This document shows positions 54,326 to 64,000 of a stretch of 64,000 bases of DNA, one piece after another. Both the position numbers and the translations under genes were made by a program. Position 1 is the stretch's first letter; each line of letters opens with the position of its first letter. The notes under the pieces were generated by a model. That model was not told the origin of the DNA, did not search any database, and saw nothing but the letters and a program-made list of their open reading frames with translations. Source of the DNA: Andalucia godoyi And28 (lineage: Eukaryota > Protista > Jakobida); NCBI GenBank assembly GCA_009859145.1, contig VRVR01000014.1, positions 1-64,000 on the forward strand, in the 5' to 3' direction.

Positions 54326-56427
54326 TCACTGCTGCGAGTCAGACGATTGGAGTTTGGAATACGAGTTGGAGACGAAGACCTCGGCGAGTTTTGACGAGAC
54401 ACGTTGGCCTACGCACAGCGAACCGCTTCGAAGTCCGCTGACGAGAGATTCTGCATCCTGCTTGGACTTTTTCAGATAGGCTGTCCAGAGATTCGACGGA
54501 GTACCGTACTTGTCGGCGACCAACTCGGCCCGAACACCCGAACATCCCTTTATCGTTGCAATTTGCTTGCGGAAGAACTCCTGGAAACGCATGTGTTTCG
54601 TTTTGTTCATTGTTTCTGAAAAGTGATCAAACGGCAGCTCCAAGCACTTATCCAATAAATCGTTGTTGGAGTGCAGCGAGGCTAGGATGAATCGATGGTA
54701 CCGCGACAAAAAGTCGACTGTTTCACGAGAGCTTCTTGTATTCCGAACGTAGAAGCCATCAACTCCCTGCGTGGTCATCGCGGCAGTCATCAGTGGTTGT
54801 GGCTCGGGAACATCCATCCATTTCCCCTCAAGAAGATATATCACGTGACCGATACCAGAACGCCGCAACCGAGACTTTTGCTCCTGATACCGACCGTCCT
54901 TGATAGAGCAATCGAGATCAGCTATTGTCTTGCGTTCAATAATGAACGGGGCAACATACTCGGTGGGCTGGCCGTCCAATTGCACAACCCAAGCAATATC
55001 TCCAATCTCCAATGCACGGCGCTCTACAGGCACACCAGCCGCCAAAAGCTCCGAAAAGAAATACGACCTGTCCGTTTTACCCCTCTTTTCCCGACAATCC
55101 AAAATCATCTTCAGCTCGATACGCCGACTTGTCATGTATCGTTCCACGTCTCCGAGAGCCGCAAGGTCGCGAAGCGTAGGGATGAGAGCAGGAGGATCAT
55201 CTTGGGCATTGGAAAACCTCTGTGGATTCAAAAAACAATCCTCGCCGTACTTTGCCACGTCAAACTGCGGAATCGCATCCGTCGCAAGAATGTTTTCGAT
55301 CGAGAAGCACTCGGTGGATTCGCCGTGATCAGCACGCTCGCGAGACAATACTGGTGGAATGTCACTTCTAGAACCAGCAAGCGAAGACAATGCACCATAC
55401 GAGAACGCCGACGAGGACGACGAAGGAAACGAGCAGACAGAAGAAGAAAGCGACAATGAGGAGGAGGAGGAGGAAGAAGAAGAAGAAAATGTCGTAGAGG
55501 TACTCGGCCTCTTTGAATCGCTGTCACACGCAGGAACCAAAGTCGAATGATATCTTGGAATCATGGACGCAGAACTGCCGTCACGCGAAGTCGGTGCAGG
55601 TGGTTTGACAGTATTGGTGAACGATTGCGCAGCCGGGATTGCAGGGATTGCAGCAGACAGCAATTCTTGGTTAGCAGAAAGCGTGGCCAAGATGGACTTT
55701 CCGACGATGAGACCTGCGTCGGTGATGGAGTATCGAGGGGGGTTTCCTTCCCGAGCGCAGAGTCCCTTTTCGACAAGCGTCTTCACAGAGGACCATGCGC
55801 CATAATATTGGTCCTGACCTGCAGGCAGCATATCCGTGTCGCAAAACGGCTGCGAAAGTTGAATTACTTCTTCTTTGCGATACACCAATGATCCTCGCTC
55901 TTCAAACGCTTCTGTCAACGCCCGAAGGATAGCCCACGCACCGCTTCTTGGCTTCGGAACATACGCGCGCGCACCTGTCGACTTCTTCTTCGTCGTCGTC
56001 ACCGACGCACTTCCACTGTTCTGATCACCCGCAGCTGCACAGCTTCCAACGGAGTCCGCTTCCGACACTCGTGATTTCTGCGAGTACCCAACGGAATCCT
56101 GCGAAACATAGGGATTCGAGATATCGGCCAAAGGACCCATTACCCCATTTGAAACGACCCTTTGCGACGACACACTCTCATCCACGACAGGCATTCCCAA
56201 GAACTCCATGATCTTTTTTGCGATAAATGGGCCAATGTTCTCTATTGCCCGAGCCTGGTCATAGTTTGAAATCGGAAATGCCACTTTGGTAACGGACTTG
56301 ATTGCCTTGTTCCACGTATGAACAAGCTTGTTATTCGGGTTTGCAGCAATCCTGTCTCTCTCTTCCTTCATCTTTGCAAGCAATCCTTCATTTGGTGGCG
56401 CTGTTCGACCACCAGTTGACAACACCA

Positions 56428-56458
<31 letters not shown>

Positions 56459-56569
56459 CGACAAGGAATGTGATGATCGTGACACTTTTGGAGCTGGTGG
56501 TCCCGCGCTTCCCAAGACCGCGTTTCCATACCCCGAAAACTGACCTCCTCGAAATGGATCGCCGCTCAT
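54326..56569 (-). CDS. MUS81: Crossover junction endonuclease MUS81
   Basis: N-terminal HhH (NIGPFIAKKI), winged helix (YVPKPRSGAWAIL...AWSSVKTL), ERCC4 (ILDCRE...IIERKTIADLDCSIKDGRYQEQK), C-terminal HhH. Confidence 0.95.
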
Positions 56570-56831
56570 TGCAGGACCGAACAGAAGAATCTACTGGTCA
56601 TACAAGCATGCACCGTGCTGTTGCTGTTCGGCCATGCAGCAATCACCATTCTTTCTCACTCACACACTCACAACAGGGTGCAATGGTTGGCCCGAGACTG
56701 TCTGATCGAGCAGCAAACCCACGAAACCAAAAAGCCTAGTATCAATTGAGACTTTCCAAACAGAAAAACAACAACAACAGCAACAAACAAACAGACAGAA
56801 GCACTATGAAATAATGTTTATGTTTGTTGTT

Positions 56832-57485
56832 CTATTGACATTTCTGAAACTTTGAGCCGCATGCGATCCAAGTGATGACGAAAATGGTGGCTCCCACAAC
56901 GCCGACGATCAGAAGGGTAAGCTTGGCGTTTTTCCACCACATCGCTCGTTTGAGTGCGGAGCCTTGTTTTCGGAAAGCACCGGCGTTGCGAGTGAGATCG
57001 TCGCTTTTTTCAACAAGGACCTGAAGTTTTTCTTCTCTTTCCAGCACCATATCGATGTTCTTGACCATGACATTCTTCACTTCATCGATTTGGTTCTTCA
57101 CCGTTGTCAGCTTGTCAGCGTTTGGATTTGTGGAAAAGTAATTCATCTGCGTTTTGAGCACTTTGGAAAACTCGTCTTGCATCGTAAACGCAAGCGCCTG
57201 GGAGCCCCGTGCGCCAAACTGAGCAATCCAGCGCCCTCGTACATCCTTCAGAAACGCAAATGCAACTCTTCTCGAAAAGTCCTGGGATGACATGCACATG
57301 AAACAAAGCCCGTCCTCCACAATGTAGTGGAACATGTACTCCTCATACACATACGACATCATTGAATTCGTCGAGGGAATCTTTGCCAATATCCGCTCGC
57401 AAATTGCATCCATGTTTCCTTTTGTCGAGGAATGCTGCGCCAACACAGTCGTTTGACGCGCAACAACCGCATATAATATCGACAT
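56832..57485 (-). CDS. VAMP7: Longin R-SNARE VAMP7
   Basis: MSILYAVVARQTTVLA longin domain, SNARE motif with R layer (VLEREEKL), C-terminal TM. Confidence 0.92.
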   Translation of the reverse strand: MSILYAVVARQTTVLAQHSSTKGNMDAICERILAKIPSTNSMMSYVYEEYMFHYIVEDGLCFMCMSSQDFSRRVAFAFLKDVRGRWIAQFGARGSQALAFTMQDEFSKVLKTQMNYFSTNPNADKLTTVKNQIDEVKNVMVKNIDMVLEREEKLQVLVEKSDDLTRNAGAFRKQGSALKRAMWWKNAKLTLLIVGVVGATIFVITWIACGSKFQKCQ

Positions 57486-58133
57486 GCTGATGGTTCGACA
57501 AGCGTGTGAATGCGCAGCTTTTTTTGTGTGTGCAAAGGGAGCAGAGGAACGGGAGGGAACGGGCAGAGAAGAGAGTTTGGAAAAAAGAAGAAGGGGGAGA
57601 CGATCAAACACAAATACAATCAAAGCACGGAGAAGAGAAGAGAAGAGAAGAGAAGCAAAAACCTTCCTAACAAATTAATAATTTAAAAAAGAGGAGAGAA
57701 GAATATACAGTCAGAAAGCCGCAGTTCGACAATGGGCGAAAATGTGGAAAAACACTGGAAAGATTCACCACTTTTAACAGAGAAAAGAAAAAAGGGAAAT
57801 CCCCGCTGCTCACAACAATGCAACTTTTGATGGTAGAAGTTGCCGCGTGCTCTAGAATCAAGTCGTCGGATTGAAAAAATACCCGAAAATGCCCCGCTCC
57901 GCAGTTCTCCGATTTCGCTCTGAATTCCGACAAGGAGAGAGAGGTCAGGTCAGTTTGGGAAAAGTGCCCTTTGGAGAAAAGGGGTGTTGGAGAATGGACC
58001 GGTCAGTCAGTCGGATTTTCCTTTTCTTTTTTCTCTCTTCGATTTGTTTTGTGCTGTTTCTTTCTTTCTTTGGTGTTTGTTGTAGTATTAATACACATTA
58101 TTATTACTGCAACGTTTAAAAAACAACGCAAGA

Positions 58134-59291
58134 ATGCAGCTTCGTTTTGCTGTTTTCCTTCTTTGGGCATGTGCTGCAGTGGCGCTTGCGTCGGGCATCA
58201 AGGTTTCTTTGAACCAGCGCGAGGTTTCCGCGCAGGAGTCGCAAGCGCGAGTCAAGGCCATCCGAGCTGTTCAGAGCGGAGCGGCGTCGTTTGCACCGCA
58301 GAAGTACTCTGTTGATGCAGGTACAAAGGTGCCTCTGACTGATTTCATGGATACGCAGTACTTTGGCGAGGTCCAGATTGGAACTCCTGGTCAGTCGTTC
58401 TCGGTTGTGTTCGACACTGGATCGTCAAACCTGTGGATTCCGTCCAAGAAGTGCCTGTCTCCTGCGTGCTTCTTGCACCACAAGTACGACTCTACAAAGT
58501 CGTCCACGTATGTTAAGAACGGCGAGACGTTTGATATCCAGTACGGTTCGGGCTCCGTCCAGGGGTTCCTGTCGCAGGACTCTGTTTCCGTCGGAGGAAT
58601 TGCGGTGAAAGAACAGGTCTTCGCAGAGGTTATGGAAGAGAAGGGACTTTCGTTCATCTTTGGAAAGCTCGACGGAATCCTTGGAATGGCATGGCCCTCC
58701 ATCTCCGTGGATCAGGTCAACCCGTTCTTCCAGAATGCCGTCAAGGACGGCGCTGTGCAGGAAAACTTGTTCCACTTCTACTTGTCCAAGACCGCTGGAG
58801 ACGGAAAGTCGGAAATGGTCCTCGGAGGAATCGACACATCTGTTGTTAGCTCGGATTTCTCGTACGTCCCGTTGACCAACACTACCTACTGGGAATTCGC
58901 CCTTGACGGTGTCAAGGTTGGTTCTTCCAAGGCTTTCGGTAATGCTCATGCGATCGCCGACACTGGTACTTCATTGATTGCAGGCCCCCCTGCAGCCATG
59001 AACGCGATTCTTGCCGGACTCAAGGTCAACCAGGATTGCTCCAACATTGACTCGAACCCGGACGTCACATTCACCATCAACGGAAAGGATTATGTGCTCA
59101 AGCCCAAGGACTACGTCCTCAAGGTCACGTCGCTTGGACAGACCGAGTGCTTGGCCGGATTCATGGCCATCCAGCTCCCGCCCCAGCTCGGCGACCTCTT
59201 CATTCTCGGAGATGTCTTCTTGTCCACCTACTCCCCGGTGTTTGATGTTGGCAAGCAGCGCGTCGGCTTCGCCACTGCCATCCAGAACTAA
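58134..59291 (+). CDS. Cathepsin D-like aspartic protease (A1)
   Basis: Signal peptide; VFDTGSSNLW and IADTGTS catalytic motifs; ILGDVF. Confidence 0.95.
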   Translation: MQLRFAVFLLWACAAVALASGIKVSLNQREVSAQESQARVKAIRAVQSGAASFAPQKYSVDAGTKVPLTDFMDTQYFGEVQIGTPGQSFSVVFDTGSSNLWIPSKKCLSPACFLHHKYDSTKSSTYVKNGETFDIQYGSGSVQGFLSQDSVSVGGIAVKEQVFAEVMEEKGLSFIFGKLDGILGMAWPSISVDQVNPFFQNAVKDGAVQENLFHFYLSKTAGDGKSEMVLGGIDTSVVSSDFSYVPLTNTTYWEFALDGVKVGSSKAFGNAHAIADTGTSLIAGPPAAMNAILAGLKVNQDCSNIDSNPDVTFTINGKDYVLKPKDYVLKVTSLGQTECLAGFMAIQLPPQLGDLFILGDVFLSTYSPVFDVGKQRVGFATAIQN

Positions 59292-59467
59292 ATGGGATTG
59301 TGTGTGGATTTTCTTTTTGTTTTGTTTTCTTTTTTCTTTTGTAATAGCGATATGATTTTAAATAGCAAAGGAAATAAAGAAAGGAAAGGAAAGGAAAAGA
59401 AATGGAGGAACAATGCTGTCAGTAGTTGGTCAGTACTGTTATGTACAAAACTGAAAGAATGCACGCA

Positions 59468-59469
<2 letters not shown>

Positions 59470-59555
<86 letters not shown>
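59470..59555 (+). repeat. Compound (CA)n(TA)n(GA)n microsatellite
   Basis: Directly visible between convergent genes. Confidence 0.95.
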
Positions 59556-59588
59556 AGGAGATTGCAACGGAGAATACTCTAAAAACAA

Positions 59589-61349
59589 CTACAAGAGAGA
59601 AGGAACAATCGCAAGAATGACTGCGATCCAGACAGTCATCGCGGGCACGGCTGCGATGTACTGATAGAACAGCAACGTGGAGACTTCGTCCGTGCCGTAC
59701 TTGTGAATAATGGATTGCGTGCCAAGGTTCATGGCCCCAGGACAGGTGGTCTCCGCGAGCAGCATAAACAGAAGAACTGGGTCGCGCGATTCCGTGGGCA
59801 CAATGACCCACCACAGCAGAATTGTAACACAAAAGTTGATGAGAGGCGAGATGACGAGCTTGCCGATAAGCGATGCGGCAACAATGGTTTTTGTTACCAC
59901 CGGCTGCTGCTTCTCGGCGTGCCGGCCTTGCTTCTCCAATTCTTTTTCTTTGATGCGCTGTTCGCGCTGCTTGCGATGGGTATTTGCAAGCGAACTTCCC
60001 AACGTCAGCATTGAAATCGCCAAAAAAGCGTCGGAAAACTGATAGGCCGTTGCAACTACGGCGTTCCAGATTGGCGGCGGATCCGTGAGCAGGAAGGACT
60101 TGACAACTGGGATGAGACCCACAATCGTCCCGCATGCGTTGGCGAGCGTAGGTGGCGAAAAAACATTCTTGAGCATTGCCTTCCTTGTCGCTAGTCTTCT
60201 TGCTGCCGTATCCGCACTGCCGCTTGCCGATATTCCAGCAGTGGAAGCGTTTCTTCTGCGCATCCATCCAAACCGCGAGGTTCGCTTCTTGCCCGACCCC
60301 GCAGCATCCTCCGCAGTCGCAGTCGCAGTCGCAATCGCAGGATCTGACGATGAAGAGGAAACCCCCATAGAAGACGAAAGCAGCGATCGCCGGTCGTGGT
60401 TCTCATCCGCATGGCTTTCTTCGTCGTCATCGAGACTGATGTCTTCCTTTGCGTGCAGATCGACCTCTCTCCGACACCGATCCGCAGGCGCTTCCAGATC
60501 TCTACTGCAGTTACCTTCCACAAATGTGCTTGTGCTTTCAGCATCGCTGGGAACAGCTGGAGCCGTCGTCATTTCAAACATGTGTGCTTGCAACCCCGCA
60601 TCCAGCCCGTTCTGGCGCTGACGCCGTTCACTCTCGAACGCGTCACGAAGAGACATGTCTTCTGGCACCTGGTGTGGTCTTCTCAACCTCGAAATGCCCC
60701 ATGTCCACGAAACGCAATTCCAGACTACCAGATAAATGGCGATGTACGTCACTGCTCGTTCTTCAGGAGCCAGATCCGACGCCACTCCATGAAACCCCGA
60801 AAAAATCCCAGGAGACGACAGAACGGCAACAGGAAACACTTGGAATGGAATGTTTCCCGAGTTCGACCAGGTTATCGTCGCTTCCAACACGCGTTGCACG
60901 GCCACAGGAACCCAGAGAAATCCCAGCGGGCCTTCACGCGAGCCCTTCGGGGCTGCGGTGTGATCCTGAGCCTGATCTTGAATCGTGGATGGGCTTGGTG
61001 CATGCCGAGTTCTGCCGTTAGCACGCAACTGCCTCTGAAGCCCTATGCTCGATAAGAAGCGCAGCAAAAACACAATGCATCGGGCAACTCCAAAGGAAAC
61101 TAGAATATGGATGATGGACACGACAAGAATTGGCCACCAAAACGACAGTCGGTGTGCAGTCACTGCAGCCGCAACCTTGAGAAACAAAAAGATCGGAAGC
61201 AGAATGTGAAACTGCAGATTGGAGAGAATGGATGGCAGCGATTCTGGCGCAATCTTGGAATGAACCGCATAGTAGCCAAGTGCGCAACCCAGCAAAACCG
61301 TCAAGACTGCACTCGACGACGACAAGAAAATGTCGAAAATCGCGAGCAT
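59589..61349 (-). CDS. PIN-LIKES/auxin-efflux-carrier family membrane transporter
   Basis: 5+5 TM layout with a long hydrophilic loop; LLPIFLF, WSNSGNIP, FSPPTLA, LTLGSSL, GKLVISP, CPGAMNL. Confidence 0.8.
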   Translation of the reverse strand: MLAIFDIFLSSSSAVLTVLLGCALGYYAVHSKIAPESLPSILSNLQFHILLPIFLFLKVAAAVTAHRLSFWWPILVVSIIHILVSFGVARCIVFLLRFLSSIGLQRQLRANGRTRHAPSPSTIQDQAQDHTAAPKGSREGPLGFLWVPVAVQRVLEATITWSNSGNIPFQVFPVAVLSSPGIFSGFHGVASDLAPEERAVTYIAIYLVVWNCVSWTWGISRLRRPHQVPEDMSLRDAFESERRQRQNGLDAGLQAHMFEMTTAPAVPSDAESTSTFVEGNCSRDLEAPADRCRREVDLHAKEDISLDDDEESHADENHDRRSLLSSSMGVSSSSSDPAIATATATAEDAAGSGKKRTSRFGWMRRRNASTAGISASGSADTAARRLATRKAMLKNVFSPPTLANACGTIVGLIPVVKSFLLTDPPPIWNAVVATAYQFSDAFLAISMLTLGSSLANTHRKQREQRIKEKELEKQGRHAEKQQPVVTKTIVAASLIGKLVISPLINFCVTILLWWVIVPTESRDPVLLFMLLAETTCPGAMNLGTQSIIHKYGTDEVSTLLFYQYIAAVPAMTVWIAVILAIVPSLL

Positions 61350-61664
61350 CTGCTGTTCTTCTTCTTGCTGTTGTTGTTGGTGGCGGTGGTGATGGATCTC
61401 AAGGTACAGTACAAGCAAACATAATAAGGACCTTCTTTTTAATAAAAGAAATGGAAAAGAAGGGGAAAAACCTCTACAAAGATAATATTACAACAAAGAA
61501 ACACAGCAGATTATTGCGAATAAATACTTTTGAAAAAGCAGAGGATGAATTTTCAAATATTGTTTTCTATAACCAAACCAAATCAAGGAAAAGTTGAAAG
61601 GCTGATAGGAACTGCACCAAATAAATCGCAACGCGAAAAGAAAGAGCTCAACTTCGGGTTGTTC

Positions 61665-62114
61665 ACCGTTGAATAAATGACACGCCATTGTCATGCATAC
61701 GGGGAAGTATACGTAAACAGACACGGTCGACACTGGCCTACACTAGCACGTTTTTGTTTCACAGGAATTCGTGCTTATGCACGCTCGGCCAAAATTCAGC
61801 AGGTGACACAGGCTCTGCATTTTCGACACTATCTAAGGCAGCATCCGTAGCCATCTATTCTATCATTCGTTGGTTCCACTTTTTGCAACGTTTGTTCCAT
61901 AAGGCGACCGAGTATCGCGAGCGGCGGAAGCAAAGTGGTTGCATGTTCCCGCGTGCAGCTCACCGATTGATCGAGATTGGGAACGGAGTGTGGAGCATTT
62001 ATCTGAAGAGCGCCGTGAGGCATGTTGGGGCCTATCCCCTTCGCGGCAACGGGGATGCAAGGATTGAGTATGCATGGCTATTCGTAGATATACATGCTCA
62101 GTGTGTAATGTAGG
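61665..62114 (+). mobile_element. Non-autonomous Fanzor2-derived element (copy B) with omegaRNA-like 3' end
   Basis: Matches copy A at both ends; encodes RWFHFLQRLFHKATEYR / GGSKVVAC-PACSSPIDRDW-NGVWSIYLKSAVRHVGAYP; ends ATGTAGG. Confidence 0.88.
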
Positions 62115-62198
62115 GGAGGATTCGATCCAAAGATGAGTCTCGCTGCGAGAAATGTAAAAGTCAAAAGCCGTTCTGGGCGGTTTTGATTAGTTTTTCTG

Positions 62199-62280
62199 TC
62201 GTGCATGCCCGAGTGGTTAAGGGAGTAGCCTTAGGTGCTATGGGCGATTAGCCTCCAGGGTTCGAATCCCTGTGCACGAA
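62199..62280 (+). tRNA. tRNA-Leu(TAG)
   Basis: TCGTGCA/TGCACGA acceptor stem, anticodon CT-TAG-GT, long variable arm, A73. Confidence 0.92.
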
Positions 62281-62372
62281 GACTGCCCATTTTTGTTTGG
62301 GCATCGGTAACGACGACTTTCTTCTATTATTATAATTTTTTTTATTTAAATAAATTATTATTTGTTTTATTT

Positions 62373-63848
62373 TTACAACTTCGTTTCAGGAGAGCTCCCG
62401 GATGCTTTGGCGGGGACGTCTGCGTGGGGCATGAAACCTTGCCATTGGAGCCTACCGAACCTCTTGATCGTTGCTGCTTCGAGGCTCTGACGATGGTTCG
62501 GGTGCGCAATGGACGTGAGCAAAAGAGCTCTTTCGCGCAGGGATCGTCCAAACAAGTCCACGATTCCATACTCTGTGCAAATGAAGTGAGCATGAGCGCG
62601 CGTCGTCACGACTCCGGCGCCCTCCTTGACGAACGGAACGATTCTGGACTCCCCCTTTGCAGTTGCCGATGGAAGCGCAATGATGGGCAGTCCGTCCTTA
62701 GATAGTGCAGCACCACGGGCGAAATCCAGCTGACCCCCGAATCCAGAGAACATCCTTGTGCCGATGGAGTCCGACACAATCTGGCCTGTCAAGTCGACTT
62801 CGATGCACGAGTTGATCGACACCGTGCGATCGTTGCGCTTGATAACAGCTGGATCATTGATCACGCTTGATTCGTCAAAGTGGAACATCGGATTATCATC
62901 AATAAAGTCATACAGCTCGCGCGTTCCGACGCAAAAGGCAGCAGAGATCTTTCCTGGCATAAAGTCTTTTTGGTCATTGGTCACCTGGCCACTCGCAATC
63001 AAGTCCAGCACACCCGGCCCAAGAAGCTCCGTGTGAATGCCAAGTTTTTGTTGTCCGGTTCGCACGAGAGACGCAAGGACCGCGTCGGGTATGCCACCAA
63101 TTCCCATTTGCAAGCACGCGCCGTCCGGAATGATCGCGGAAATATGCTCGCCAATCCGCGCAGAAATCTCCGCCTCACGGTCCGAGGCAGTTCCAGCTGT
63201 CGCAGGAGCCTCGTGTTTCTCATAAATAGGCGTATCGGAATGGACAATGAGATTGATGTTAGATGCATGGATAAGACCCCTTCCGTGGGTTCGGGGCATC
63301 GAGGGATTCACAACCGCAATTACCTGCTTGGCAGACTCCACAGCAGCCAATGCAACATCCACAGACACACCGAGAGACGCAAATCCATGCTGGTCAAATG
63401 GGGAAATTGTGACGAGAGCAATGTCCAATGGAAGCTTTTTTCTGCGGAAAAGCAAAGGGATTTCCGACAGAAAGATCGAGGTGGCATCTGCATCTCCGCG
63501 ATTGACGGCATCCCGCAAATTGGCCCCAATGAAAAGCGAGTTGGATCGAATGTTTTGCGGATGGCGCAGAAACGGAGTCGGTCCTTCAATGTGCAGGTGG
63601 TGGAGGCGCACATTGGTCACCGAGTTTGCAGGAGCATCATCCAAACGACGAGCCAAAGCGTCCAAAAGTACAGTCGGACATGCAGCAGCCGTGTGCACGT
63701 ATACATTGCTATTCGACCCAATCACACGGACCGCTTCGTCTGCCGTCACCGTCCGAGGAAGCTTGGATGGATGAAACACGATCGGAATCGAAGACTTTGT
63801 CGAATACGCACACCGTCGGATACCGCGAGATATTCTAGTCGACAGCAT
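62373..63848 (-). CDS. Family I CoA-transferase (acetate:succinate CoA-transferase 1B/4-hydroxybutyrate CoA-transferase-like) with mitochondrial presequence
   Basis: MLSTRISRGIRRCAYST presequence; LQMGIGGIPDAV, LGIHTE, EVDLTGQ, GFGGQLDFARGA, TEYG. Confidence 0.88.
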   Translation of the reverse strand: MLSTRISRGIRRCAYSTKSSIPIVFHPSKLPRTVTADEAVRVIGSNSNVYVHTAAACPTVLLDALARRLDDAPANSVTNVRLHHLHIEGPTPFLRHPQNIRSNSLFIGANLRDAVNRGDADATSIFLSEIPLLFRRKKLPLDIALVTISPFDQHGFASLGVSVDVALAAVESAKQVIAVVNPSMPRTHGRGLIHASNINLIVHSDTPIYEKHEAPATAGTASDREAEISARIGEHISAIIPDGACLQMGIGGIPDAVLASLVRTGQQKLGIHTELLGPGVLDLIASGQVTNDQKDFMPGKISAAFCVGTRELYDFIDDNPMFHFDESSVINDPAVIKRNDRTVSINSCIEVDLTGQIVSDSIGTRMFSGFGGQLDFARGAALSKDGLPIIALPSATAKGESRIVPFVKEGAGVVTTRAHAHFICTEYGIVDLFGRSLRERALLLTSIAHPNHRQSLEAATIKRFGRLQWQGFMPHADVPAKASGSSPETKL

Positions 63849-64000
63849 ATTCACTTTTCCCTCTCCTCCTCTGCCTCTTGTTCACACTTTTTTCTTTCTT
63901 CTTCTCTCAAACAACTCCTTTTCACAAAAACCAACTCCCGCTACGAGCCAAGGAACGTGTGAAAACCTAATAAATCAAACAAACAAAAGAAAGAAGGAGG

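Overview
Gene-dense, intron-poor nuclear DNA of a microbial eukaryote (standard code, AT-rich low-complexity spacers, microsatellites). The organism cannot be named from sequence alone. About 30 protein genes are supported, including GT77 and GT31 glycosyltransferases, DNAJC3, NTF2-RRM, RMI1, QCR8, cyclin C, SmB, NLE1, ABCC, eIF3m, MED18, PEX12, UNC50, a kinesin, PCF11, GCLC, LDAH, MUS81, VAMP7, cathepsin D, a PILS-like transporter and a CoA-transferase. There are also 3 tRNAs and 2 spliceosomal introns. The main hidden signal is a dispersed family of up to seven intergenic remnants of a Fanzor2/IS607-TnpB-type RNA-guided nuclease element. Four of them keep the ORF 3' end (GARxIYxKNA...GAYP), two covarying stem-loops and a shared terminus ATGTAGG, after which the flanks diverge. 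This is the layout expected of omegaRNA 'ghost' loci carrying different guides. Other highlights are a degenerate CACTA/CMC transposase, an F-box protein with two dynein microtubule-binding-like domains, and a stop-free in-frame intron in PCF11. All homologies were recognised by eye from motifs; no searches were run.
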